A stretch of DNA of 64,000 nucleotides. It comes from Macrostomum lignano. Taxonomy: Eukaryota. This document shows positions 1 through 9,471 of the stretch, in pieces. The translations under genes were made by a program, and so were the position numbers. Every line of letters starts with the position of its first letter. Position 1 is the first letter of the stretch. The notes beneath the pieces are model-generated. The model was not told where the DNA came from. It made no database searches and worked only from the letters and a program-made list of their open reading frames with translations. The DNA lies in NCBI GenBank assembly GCA_002269645.1, contig NIVC01000352.1:434001-498000 (forward strand). Reading direction: 5' to 3'.

Positions 1-669
1 GGCTCGGTTTCAGAGTAATTGCAGAGCAATTCTTTTAGATTAATGACAAGGAAAATTATATTCTTTATTCAGTTAGTCAAGGCTAATTTTTAGATGACGC
101 AGCAGAAGCGGCTACAAGCTTAACAGCGATGATGCTTGTGCAGAAACCCTAGACATTTCAATAAGGCGTTTGCTGTGTTAAATTCCCTAGAAAAAGGGGG
201 TCCTGTACAAAAAAAGCTCACTGCTCCTCTCAAAATAAAGATCGACAAAAAATAAGTTGTGCATCTTGTAGAGGAATAAATTTTGTACAGGATGGCGAAA
301 AACCAGCTTTCTACGTTCACTAAAATTCTAGGGAGCGCTAGAAAAAACCAGCCTCCAACTATTTTCTGCAAGATTTGGCCAGTTTCCCATCCCTAGTTAA
401 AGTAGTCCCTGATGTTCTGTTGATCTTATCGCTGACCTATTCTATTCTAAAACAAGGCTTGCTCAATGATGAAAGTAACATTTTGTGTGATGTTTTGGTT
501 TTGGTTCTAAACTTCAAGAGCTCAAATGATAAAATCTAGATCTATCTAGATATTTTTTAAACTTGATAATCGAGAGTGCATCCCGTGCTTTACAAAAATG
601 CGCGTAGTACAATGAAACTGCTCAGGAATAGACCAGATTTTGCAGCTCACTTGGCGACATCAAACGTTC

Positions 670-2077
670 TCAACTGCAGTTCTTGTCTATTGCGCCGCGG
701 CCATCGCCCAGCAGGCCAGATGAAACGCTACTACTGTACAATCGACGCAGCCAATGACCAACTGGGTTTGGCACCAGGAAGACGCCAAAGAAGACCATGG
801 AAAAGTACAGCCCGGGACAGATCTCGTACGAGCTCGTAGTGGCCCAGACCGAAGGCAATGTTCAGTAGACCGGCTATCAGAGCGTGCCGAACGCCCTGCA
901 GTTGCGCTTGCTGTAAATGTCGAATGAGATGTATTGTAAACTGTCGAATATCTTGTTACTTGATTCTCCTGAATATGAAGCAGGTTGCAACAAGTGAGCC
1001 ATGCCATTAGCTGAGCTGCTGTAATTCACAAGTCCAGCAAGTCCGAACTTCCAGCTGACGCTGACGCCCAAACTAGCTCGTATTTTTTACTTTACTACGA
1101 GCGCGTATATTTGCTTTCGTTTTGTTTGCGCCGAGTAAACAGTTTGTAAAGTAAGCTCCCAGTACTACTAAGCACTAATGACGCTACTTAACGTCCATAT
1201 TCGCGAGAAAAGGAGTCATTTTGAATGCCAAATTCTCCAACTTCTAGTACCAAGTACTACGGTAAATAGCATGAGGATCGGAGGCATGTCAACCTACTCG
1301 TAGTTCTAGAATGGCTTAGTTTCTCTGTCAAACCCGACTATTGGATCGGCGATGAGAGTAGAATCTTGAAATAACAGAAGACCATACTGGAGACCCATCG
1401 AAGCTGGAGACCCATGGATCTCTAGACCTATCGAATAAAGTACGCTGTTCTGTTTCGAACTAAATTGACACCCCATTCTGATCTATTCTGGGTAAACTAA
1501 CGCGCAATCGACCTTTAAGGCCTCCAACGATTCCAGATCAATTCGAGCCCAAAATAAATAAACATCTACAATAAGCCACACATGTATAAATCACATCTGT
1601 CTCTAGCATCACAGGTTGAAATCAATCAATCAGCTTAAACTGACAGAGGCGCCCATGCCGCAGTAAACGGCCAGGCCCAGCGCCTCGGAGACCCACACGC
1701 ACGCTGGCAGGACGCAAGTCAGAACGGTGGATCCAAGCAGACTGGCCGAGTCGACCAGGAACGGCTCCAGCCGGGTTCCCAGGTAGCCAAAGGCCAGGTT
1801 GCCGACGGTGAAGGCGGCACCGTAGCCGGCTGGGTACAGGGCGATGCGGGACTCCGGGACGGAGAGCTCGCTGGCCATCACGGGGACGAAGTTGATGGCC
1901 GTCACCATGCTGAACCCTAACCCTAACCCTAACAGTTAAAAATCAATGCAGAATATCAAACCAGTGTGCTGTGTATCCGAGACTAGGCGCAACCTAGGCA
2001 CAATCTAGACACAACCTAGAAGTTTCCTGCATGAGTGCACGTTCAAGTTCAAAATGTGTTGAAGGTCAAAGCATCAA
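670..2077 (-). pseudogene. Degraded tandem paralog of the SLC16/MCT-like gene (exon-2 copy ~1640-1914, exon-3 copy ~670-895)
   Basis: 1651-1914 is nearly identical to 4121-4384. 670-895 reads GVRHALIAGLLNIAFGLGHYE/EICPGLYFSMVFFG versus [34 protein letters not shown] in the intact gene. Lesions: 2-nt insertion and mutated donor at ~1636-1647, 10-nt insertion at 823-832, acceptor replaced by telomeric repeats, and no exon 1 (homology stops at the SINE). Confidence 0.85.
1913..1933. repeat. Interstitial telomeric repeat (CCCTAA)3
   Basis: aaccctaaccctaaccctaac seen directly, with paralog homology on both sides. Confidence 0.85.
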
Positions 2078-2350
2078 GCCTATTGGTTAGAGCATCGGAC
2101 TCACGACTTAAAGGTCGCGGGTTCGATTCTCGACTTACTCAGAACTGCAATTTGTGTCCTTGAGCAAGACACTTAACTTAGCTTCAGTTCACCCAGCTGT
2201 AAAATGAGTACCAGCGTAAGCTGGGGTAACTGAGGCTGTGTGTGGCGACCCCCCAGTCCATGGACTGAACAGCCGTACGCAGCCTTCAGATGCGCCGCGC
2301 AATAGCTGCGGCTGAGCTGTCGGTTGCACTTCTGGCCCAATTGGGAAAGG
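2078..2350 (+). mobile_element. tRNA-derived SINE (5'-truncated head, CORE/Nin-like central domain)
   Basis: A-box-like tggttagagc and B-box ggttcgattct (2120-2130), followed by tgtgtccttgagcaagacacttaac...cacccagctgtaaaatgagtacc, which resembles SINE central domains. The 3' end is approximate. Confidence 0.7.
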
Positions 2351-3008
2351 TGAAAATTTAAACCTAAATTTTCAGATTTAGGCTGTGTAGATTTTTTGGT
2401 CCAGCGTGTGTGCAGAAGGGCAGCATGGAAATACAGTTCGCCCCCTTTTCTGTTACTATTTTAGTCCAGCAGTTACAGAAGTCCTTTTTGCTCTTTCTCT
2501 TACTAGTGATGCAGCTCGGCATTGAAAACTGTGCAGAAGGTACACGTAGCCCTGTATACGAACACCGCTTGTTACGAATTCATATAGGTGCTTGATTAAC
2601 GGCGTGTGACAAAAGTTAAATCCCACGAAAACGTAATTTTTTTGGGCAGGAGTTCGATTACAGCGATTGATATTAGAAGTTCTATAGCTGAAGTAGAAAT
2701 GTCGCAAACTGATTGCCATTAAATCGATGGGTAAATCAGCACCTTCACGCAGGCTTCAATGATTGCAAGAATGGACTAAAATCAAGAAATATTAGCATAC
2801 GACTGCGTTACACTCAAATAATTTCCAGCGTAAGAAAGCAGTGTTACTCTACTGCACGTCTGCAGATAATAAATATAAACAAAATACACAAGTGGCGAAA
2901 TCTTGTTTTTAACTCAGAAATAATGCTGATCTTTCTTGGCTAAATTACGAGCCAAGAAATCGTACTTTCTATTTCAACTAGTATGACAAAAATTTAGGCA
3001 ACCGTACT

Positions 3009-5301
3009 TTACGTCGGATGAGCATCTTTGCAGACAAACAGTGACCTGAAGTCTCCATCCGCATCCGCATCCGCATCCGCATCCGCATCCGCATCCGCAT
3101 CCGCATTCGCATCCGCATCCGCATCCGCATCCGCATCTGCATTCGCATCCGCATTCGCATCCGCATCCGCATCCGCATCCGCATCCGCATTCGCATCCGC
3201 ACCCGCATCCGCATCCGCATCCGCATCCGCATCTGCATTCGCATCCGCATTCGCATCCGCATCCGCATCCGCATCCGCATCCGCATTCGCATCCGCACCC
3301 GCATCCGCATCCGCATCCGCATCCGCATCTGCATTCGCATCCGCATTCGCATCCGCATCGGCCAGACTCTGCAGTTCGCGCCGTCCTTGCCGCCAACGGC
3401 GTCGCGGCTGCAACGCCCAGGCGGCCAGGGTGGCCAGTCCCGCGGCTGCGAACGCCCCTGAAGCCAGTTGGAACGCTGCCGAATAGTCGCCGTGCTGTCT
3501 GCGCAGCCACTGACCGAGAAAGGGCGCAGGAAACGAGCCGAAAAAGAACATGGCCACGTAGAGTCCAGTGCAGATCTCGTAGTGCTGCAGGCCGACCGCA
3601 AGCTTAATCAGGCTGACCATCAGTGCGTACCGGCCGCCCTGCAGGGTCAAGTTTGTTACGAATGTAATTTTAACGTCAATCTAAACTATAGATCGAAAAA
3701 ATGCAACGAGAGTCTAATGGAAAGTGCCAAGTGCTTTCAAGCGTAAGATTTTGGATTTTATTGAATTTGCGACCCATGAAACTTTCGGAGATCAACAAAA
3801 AACAAAACTGTAATACCTTGCTGTACATAAGTGCTCCTAGCGCTGGCCTTGGCGATCACTTCTCACCCATCATTTTGCTTAATTTCCATTCTGCCCTCAG
3901 GTTGTCCCGAACTCTTATAGTATCAGATACCAGCTTCAATTTCTGTTCCTTTAGCTGTTCTCATTCTCACCATCTGCGTCGGTATAACCTGACGAGTCTA
4001 ATTAATTATCAACTAATCAGTTCCAGTTAACGGGCCTTAACCGGTGGTCAGAATTAACCCAGTTTACCCTACGCCTGTAAAATTCGGTTGCTGTACCACA
4101 ACACTTCTTACCTGACAGGCGCCCATGCCGCAGTAAACGGCCAGGCCCAGCGTCTCGGAGACCCGCACGCACGCTGGCAGGATGCCAGTCAGAACGGCGG
4201 AGACAAACAGACTGGCCGAGTCGACCAGGAACGGCTCCAGCCGGGTTCCCAGGTAGCCAAAGGCCAGGTTGCCGACGGTGAAGGCGGCACCGTAGCCGGC
4301 TGGGTACAGGGCGATGCGGGACTCCGGGACGGAGAGCTCGCTGGCCATCACGGGGACGAAGTTGATGGCCGTCACCATGCTGAATGTCTGTTGGAACAGT
4401 TTGAAATCAATGCGGCATAGAAAACTAGTGCAATATATACATGTTCATGTATTATCAGGCTAACTGCGTCAGACACCACCTAGAATGCACGTTCAAGGTC
4501 AAAGCATCAGTTGAAACAGTTGAAAGCTTGAGTCCTGTCTCTTGCCTGAAGAAGAGCAGCAAAGTAGAATAACGCTGTATCCGGACCGCAGATCCGTAGC
4601 AGTTCCACCGTCCGAGCGAGTCGGCCTCGACCTGCGGCGGCCGCGTTGTCCTCGCCTTTGCCGGCCTCCAACGCCACCTCCAATGGCACCTCCTCCAATG
4701 GTAGGTCGCGACTCGCTGGCACCCTCGGCCGGATCAGCAGCGCCAGCGCGCCTGCGTTCAGCGCCGCTGCGCCCAGCATGAGTGCGGCGCCACGCCAAGT
4801 GAGGCTGCCGATGAGCAGCTGCGTGATAGGAGCCGACATGAGCAGACCGGCGCCGCAACCGCTGGCAACGACTCCGCTGGCCAAGGTGAGTCGCCCATCG
4901 AAGTTGTGCGCCAGCAGCGTCATGGGGAAGAAGTACAGGCCCTCCGCGGCCAGCGGCACCATCAGGCCGAAGGTGGGCAACAGCAGGCGGGCATCAGAGG
5001 CGAAGTAGCTGAGCGCATAGCCGGCGAACATGCAGACCGAGCTGCCGACGGCGACTCGCTTCTCGCCCTGAGAGCGCAGCAGCAGCGCCATGAGCGGTGA
5101 CATGAGCTGGCCGGCGCCATAGGTCATGCCGTAGACGACGGCGAGCAGGCCGGTCTGCTGCGGAAAAGCCTCCAGGTGGGCGGCATAGAACAGCCCGCTG
5201 ATGTTGTAAGAGCTGTCGGCTATCAGGTAAGCTACGAACCCGATGATCAAAATGGTGCACTTGTATGACTTGGAGGTAGTTTTTTGCATTGCAGCTGCCA
5301 T
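3009..5301 (-). CDS. SLC16/monocarboxylate transporter-like MFS protein, 3 exons (4546-5301, 4112-4387, 3009-3638), ~553 aa
   Basis: Multiple hydrophobic helices with MCT-like motifs ([19 protein letters not shown]; [14 protein letters not shown]). Phase-0 junctions LLQ|TFSM (GC-AG) and ACQ|GGR (GT-AG); stop TAA at 3009-3011. Confidence 0.85.
3055..3359 (-). repeat. Coding hexanucleotide repeat (GCATCC)n, ~50 units, encoding poly(Asp-Ala)
   Basis: Seen directly; open and in frame within the last exon. Confidence 0.95.
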
Positions 5302-6113
5302 TGCTGGTGCAGGCTTGGATTAACTTGATTGAGAAGACAGTTTGGGCTTCTATATGTTCTGACCTGGCGTGCAAAGCATCTCTCATTATTTTCTCTCTTT
5401 CAGTGCTTTCCCTCTGCCCCGTTCTGCGTCCATTTATTTCAGATCCAACTGTGTTTGGGAGGCCTTGCAAAGGCCTCTATAGGAGCAAGCCCTGCTGCAA
5501 CTACCCACTCCGCCACTGCTCTTTCCTATTCCAAGCATCCAGTCAGGGAAGTGCTACCCCAGTGCACTGCCATGCACATTTCTGTCGAGGCCAGCCGCTG
5601 TACGTCTGGATTTCCTTCACTTTTTGTAAGCAAAGTGTAAATCCATTTCACCCAGTGTATTGACTTTTGGTTCCCCAGAGCACATTAATCATTTAGCATT
5701 GACGCGCAGACGACAAACGCTCCATGGTATGAAAAATATGCCGGTTGCATAGAGGACCTTTTTCTCTGGTCAGAGCAAAAGTTGTGCGAGTCATTTGACT
5801 AGTTGGCACGGAATCAGGTTTCAGGGCACTGAATAGCGGCTCCTGGCCAGCATGCCGTGTTGCGCTCGAAGAATGAATTATTAATAAGCAGTTAGCTACT
5901 AGTTCGACAGGCGTGTGTTGATTTTAGTGCAATCTCATCTTGCGATAGCCGGAAGCAAGCAAATAAGTTTTAATTAAAACCACGCGGCACAGATAAGCAA
6001 AGCAAACATCCCCCGAGATTTGAGTCGTTTCCTGCTCAGAATCCACTCTTGAACGGAGTAGCTATTGTTGCGAGCTGACCGGGATGTTCTGAAGCACCCA
6101 AGCGAAACGCAAT

Positions 6114-7988
6114 ATGACTACTGAGAAGTCGAAAACGCGCGTTGATGAAGAGGATGCTGACAGTGAGCTGCTCAAGCTCTTGGAGCTCCTGTACGAAGGA
6201 CGACCTGCTGATTTTCTGTCAAAGTTTCAGCGTCTTCCCGAGGACAAGCGAAGGCGGCTGCTGCTTCTGGGTGACAGCTCAACGGACGATGCTCAAGAGA
6301 GGCAGCGCCAGCTGCGACAGACGCGCTGCCCTGAGTCGCTGGACCGCCGGCCTCGACCGCTGCTGGACATCCTGCTGAGCTGCCACCTGCCGCTTGCCTG
6401 TCGAGCAATTGACTGCCTCGAGGCCGAACCCGGGGCAGCTGACTCCGGCAACTTGCTGCTGTTCCGCCTAGTTGATCACTGCTGTCGTGAGCCGCTGCAG
6501 GCCGAGAAACCTCTGGCCGACTTCTTTGCAGAGCTGGCCGTTCACCGCCCGACAGCCTGCCGTCGCTTTCTGGCCGCGGAGGCCACCGCAGAGCAGCTGC
6601 GGCCGCTAGAGTACGCCGCTCTGTGGCGCTGCTTTCACCTGGCCGCCGTATTCCTGGACGTCTCGGCCGTGTCGACAATTTCAACATCCGGCCGCTGCCG
6701 CCAAACGGAGTGGGACATCAGCGAGTACCGCTGGTCCACCGGGTCCCGATTCCCCAAGTCGCCCTTTCTGCACTTCGCTCTGGCATTGAAAGATCGCATG
6801 GGCGAGACACTGCCGGACGGATTCGTCCGGTTCTATCGCTGTCCCGCGACCAGCGCCTACGCGGCCAACCTGGCTGCGGCCTTTCCAACAGTCCACTTGG
6901 CGCCAGTGCTGGCGCTGCTCTGTCTGTTGCTGCATCTGTACGGCAGCTACTCGCTCACCGTGCGCCTGTTTACGGCGGACACGTTCCGCGCTAACGGCAC
7001 CGTCGTGCTGGTTGGCAGCGACGATGCTTACACCTACGTAAGCCGGCTGACGCCGCTGGGATTTGAGCTGGCCAGATGGGGAGCCCATCTTCGACAGGTA
7101 TCCCAGATGATGATGGCGATAATTAGCGGGACCTACCTGGCAATCAAAGCAGTTGGAAACCACGCCATGCTGGCGCCCGCTCGCCGGCGCTACCTGCCGC
7201 TGCAGTGGCTGCGCAGCCTCTTATTTTATCATCACGACGTCCACGACGGCCTGCTGCTCAGCTTCGTTGTCGGTGGCCTCGCCATCATGGCGATGGAGGC
7301 CTCCTTCTTCTTGCCGGGCGTTGGCAACTACGTCGAGCGCGCCGGCCTTCCGACCGTGCTGAAGCCGGAGTCGCTGCGGATGCTGTTCACCTTGCAGATG
7401 AACGCCCTGCTGTTTCTCATGCTAGGCCTCAGCGCGCACCTAGCGCAAAAATACCGAATATTTTTCGACCTGCTGCAGTGCATCCAGGAATGCATGAAGC
7501 TCATCTACCTGGTGTTCGTGCCGGCCATCCTCATCAGCTTGACGGTCGCGCTGGCGCTGCCGCAGTCGGCCGCGTCGCTGACGACCGCCGAGCCGCTGCC
7601 GGATCACGTGGACGCTGGCACCTACGCCTTCATGAAGCTAGTGGGGGACAGCATGGCGGCGGCATTCCGCTTCACCTTCAGCCTGGGCGAGTTTGGCTCT
7701 GGCCCGGCCAGCAAGCTGTTGGCCTGGTCTCAGCCGGCGCTGTACTCCCTGCTGGGCATCTTCCTGGTCAACTTCTGCATCGCGCGGCTCACCAGGCAGC
7801 TCAGCCTGATGGAGAGCCACTCCGAGCTGCGGCGCCGGATGAGCCTGGCCGGACAGGTGCACGAATACTGCCTGGCCGAGTGGCGCCTGCGCCGGCTCAT
7901 TCTGAGGCGACTGCTCAAACGACGGCCAAAGAGGCGGCCCCTGATAGTTCGGCTTCTGCGGCTCCGGGCGGACTGCGTCAGCGAGTAG
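6114..7988 (+). CDS. Intronless divergent TRP-like (TRPV-like) cation channel, 624 aa
   Basis: About six hydrophobic segments, a pore-helix-like SMAAAFRFTFSLGEFG, an S6-like LLGIFLVNFCIARL and a TRP-domain-like SELRRRMSLAGQVHEY. The family call is motif-based inference. Confidence 0.65.
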   Translation: MTTEKSKTRVDEEDADSELLKLLELLYEGRPADFLSKFQRLPEDKRRRLLLLGDSSTDDAQERQRQLRQTRCPESLDRRPRPLLDILLSCHLPLACRAIDCLEAEPGAADSGNLLLFRLVDHCCREPLQAEKPLADFFAELAVHRPTACRRFLAAEATAEQLRPLEYAALWRCFHLAAVFLDVSAVSTISTSGRCRQTEWDISEYRWSTGSRFPKSPFLHFALALKDRMGETLPDGFVRFYRCPATSAYAANLAAAFPTVHLAPVLALLCLLLHLYGSYSLTVRLFTADTFRANGTVVLVGSDDAYTYVSRLTPLGFELARWGAHLRQVSQMMMAIISGTYLAIKAVGNHAMLAPARRRYLPLQWLRSLLFYHHDVHDGLLLSFVVGGLAIMAMEASFFLPGVGNYVERAGLPTVLKPESLRMLFTLQMNALLFLMLGLSAHLAQKYRIFFDLLQCIQECMKLIYLVFVPAILISLTVALALPQSAASLTTAEPLPDHVDAGTYAFMKLVGDSMAAAFRFTFSLGEFGSGPASKLLAWSQPALYSLLGIFLVNFCIARLTRQLSLMESHSELRRRMSLAGQVHEYCLAEWRLRRLILRRLLKRRPKRRPLIVRLLRLRADCVSE

Positions 7989-8124
7989 AGACGGCACTGG
8001 CTGGATAAAGGCCGCAGTATATGAGATGCCGCATCCTGGGTGCCGGCTTCCTGAGTAGCGCCTCCTGTTCCAGCTGTGGGCAGTACCATTGCTGACTGTT
8101 GACCTGCTAAAATCTTCACGTTAT

Positions 8125-8425
8125 CTGCTTAGCTACCTACTTACCTGCTAACCTACCAACTTGCTGACCTACCTACCTGCTAGCCTACCTTACCTACCTG
8201 TTAACATATCTACCTACCTGCTAACCTACCAACTTGCTGACCTACCACCTAACTGCTAGCCTATCTTACCTACCTGCCAACTTACTTACCTACCTACTAA
8301 CCTACTACCTGCTAACCTATCTACCTTGCTAACCCATCTACCTACCTGTTAACCTATCTACCTACCTGCTAACCTACCTACCTATCTACCTACCTGCTAA
8401 CCTATCAGCCAACCTACCTACCCAC
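8125..8425. repeat. Degenerate (CCTA)n/(CTAC)n microsatellite
   Basis: Repeated ctacctacct/gctaacct units. Confidence 0.9.
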
Positions 8426-8809
8426 GATTACTTGCTAACCAAACGAAAATATCTAAATATTGTCGAATTGATCAAAACTGATAACTCCTCTCTGGAAATC
8501 TGTCTAAATATTACCTTATCAATAAAGTAGGTACGCTTAACCATCTGACTCAGAAGTCTGTTATTTCTGTAAACATGCAGTGTGGTTTGCAACCAAGAAA
8601 ACTGTATCTTTGCCTTCCAACTTTGTCGCATTAATTAATGATACTTGAATGAGCTACCGTCGCACGTGGTGTAATTTGATAAAAACTAACTTGCATCAGG
8701 TTTGATCATGTGTACTCTGCTTAAGACATGTTTAAGACTGTTTGAGTCATAGAGAGGTTGAATCAAGGAAGGAATGAATCATAGACAGCTTTAGTCATTG
8801 ACAGCCGGC

Positions 8810-9185
8810 TTAAGTCATACACACTTTGAGTACCGCAGTTTAAGTCATAGACAGCCTGACTCAAACAGCTTGAGTCATAGACAGCTTGAGTCATAGACAG
8901 CTTGAGTCATAGACAGCTTGAGTCATAGACAGCTTGAGTCATAGACAGCTTGAGTCATAGACAGCTTGAGTCATAGACAGCTTGAGTCATAGACAGCTTG
9001 AGTCATAGACAGCTTGAGTCATTAACAGTTTGAGTCAAAGACAGTTTGAGTCATAGACAGTTTGAGTCATAGACACTTTAAGTACCGCAGTTTGAGTCAA
9101 AGACAGTTTGAATCATAGACAGTTTGAGTCATAGACACTTTGAGTCATAGACACTTTGAGTCATAGACAGCTTGAGTCATAGACA
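8810..9185. repeat. 16-bp tandem array (acagcttgagtcatag)
   Basis: Period 16 (e.g. 8881/8897), homogeneous core with degenerate edges. Confidence 0.95.
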
Positions 9186-9228
9186 ACTGGAATAATTGAT
9201 CATAGGCAGAATTCAAACTCAGCATGTG

Positions 9229-9444
9229 TGTAGTGAGTTGCAAGTGTACTTGTATGCGCCAGTCGCTAGAGCGGGGTGGGGGTTGCTATTGTACAGCATG
9301 TACGTGCTTTTCACCCACCCCTGTCTCTATCTTTTATACCCAGTTATGTAACAATCGTTGTATCGTATTTAACCTGCGTATCGATCTAATAAACGCCAAG
9401 AGGCTTCGTCAACTCTCAGTTGTATCTCTCTGCCTTAGTCTACA
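9229..9444 (+). repeat. 5' LTR
   Basis: Matches 14290-14505; TGTAG...CTACA termini; contains AATAAA. Confidence 0.95.
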
Positions 9445-9446
9445 AC

Positions 9447-9457
9447 TGGTAGCAGAG
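9447..9457 (+). promoter_or_regulatory. Primer binding site complementary to initiator tRNA-Met
   Basis: TGGTAGCAGAG lies 2 nt after the LTR and complements the eukaryotic tRNAi-Met 3' end (CUCUGCUACCA). Confidence 0.85.
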
Positions 9458-9471
9458 CAAATTATTCTAGA

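Noticed and set aside
1913-1933. True chromosome end
   Set aside because: Only three units, with continuous paralog homology on both sides.
2081-2135. Functional tRNA gene
   Set aside because: No complete acceptor stem, and it runs directly into SINE body sequence.
2974-3601. Poly(Cys-Gly), poly(Met-Arg) and poly(Ala-Ser) ORFs
   Set aside because: Alternative frames of the same hexamer repeat; only the Asp-Ala frame continues the MFS exon.
6142-8119. Overlapping or antisense ORFs across the TRP-like gene, and similar ones across pol and the LINE
   Set aside because: Expected shadow ORFs of GC-rich coding sequence; no independent motifs.
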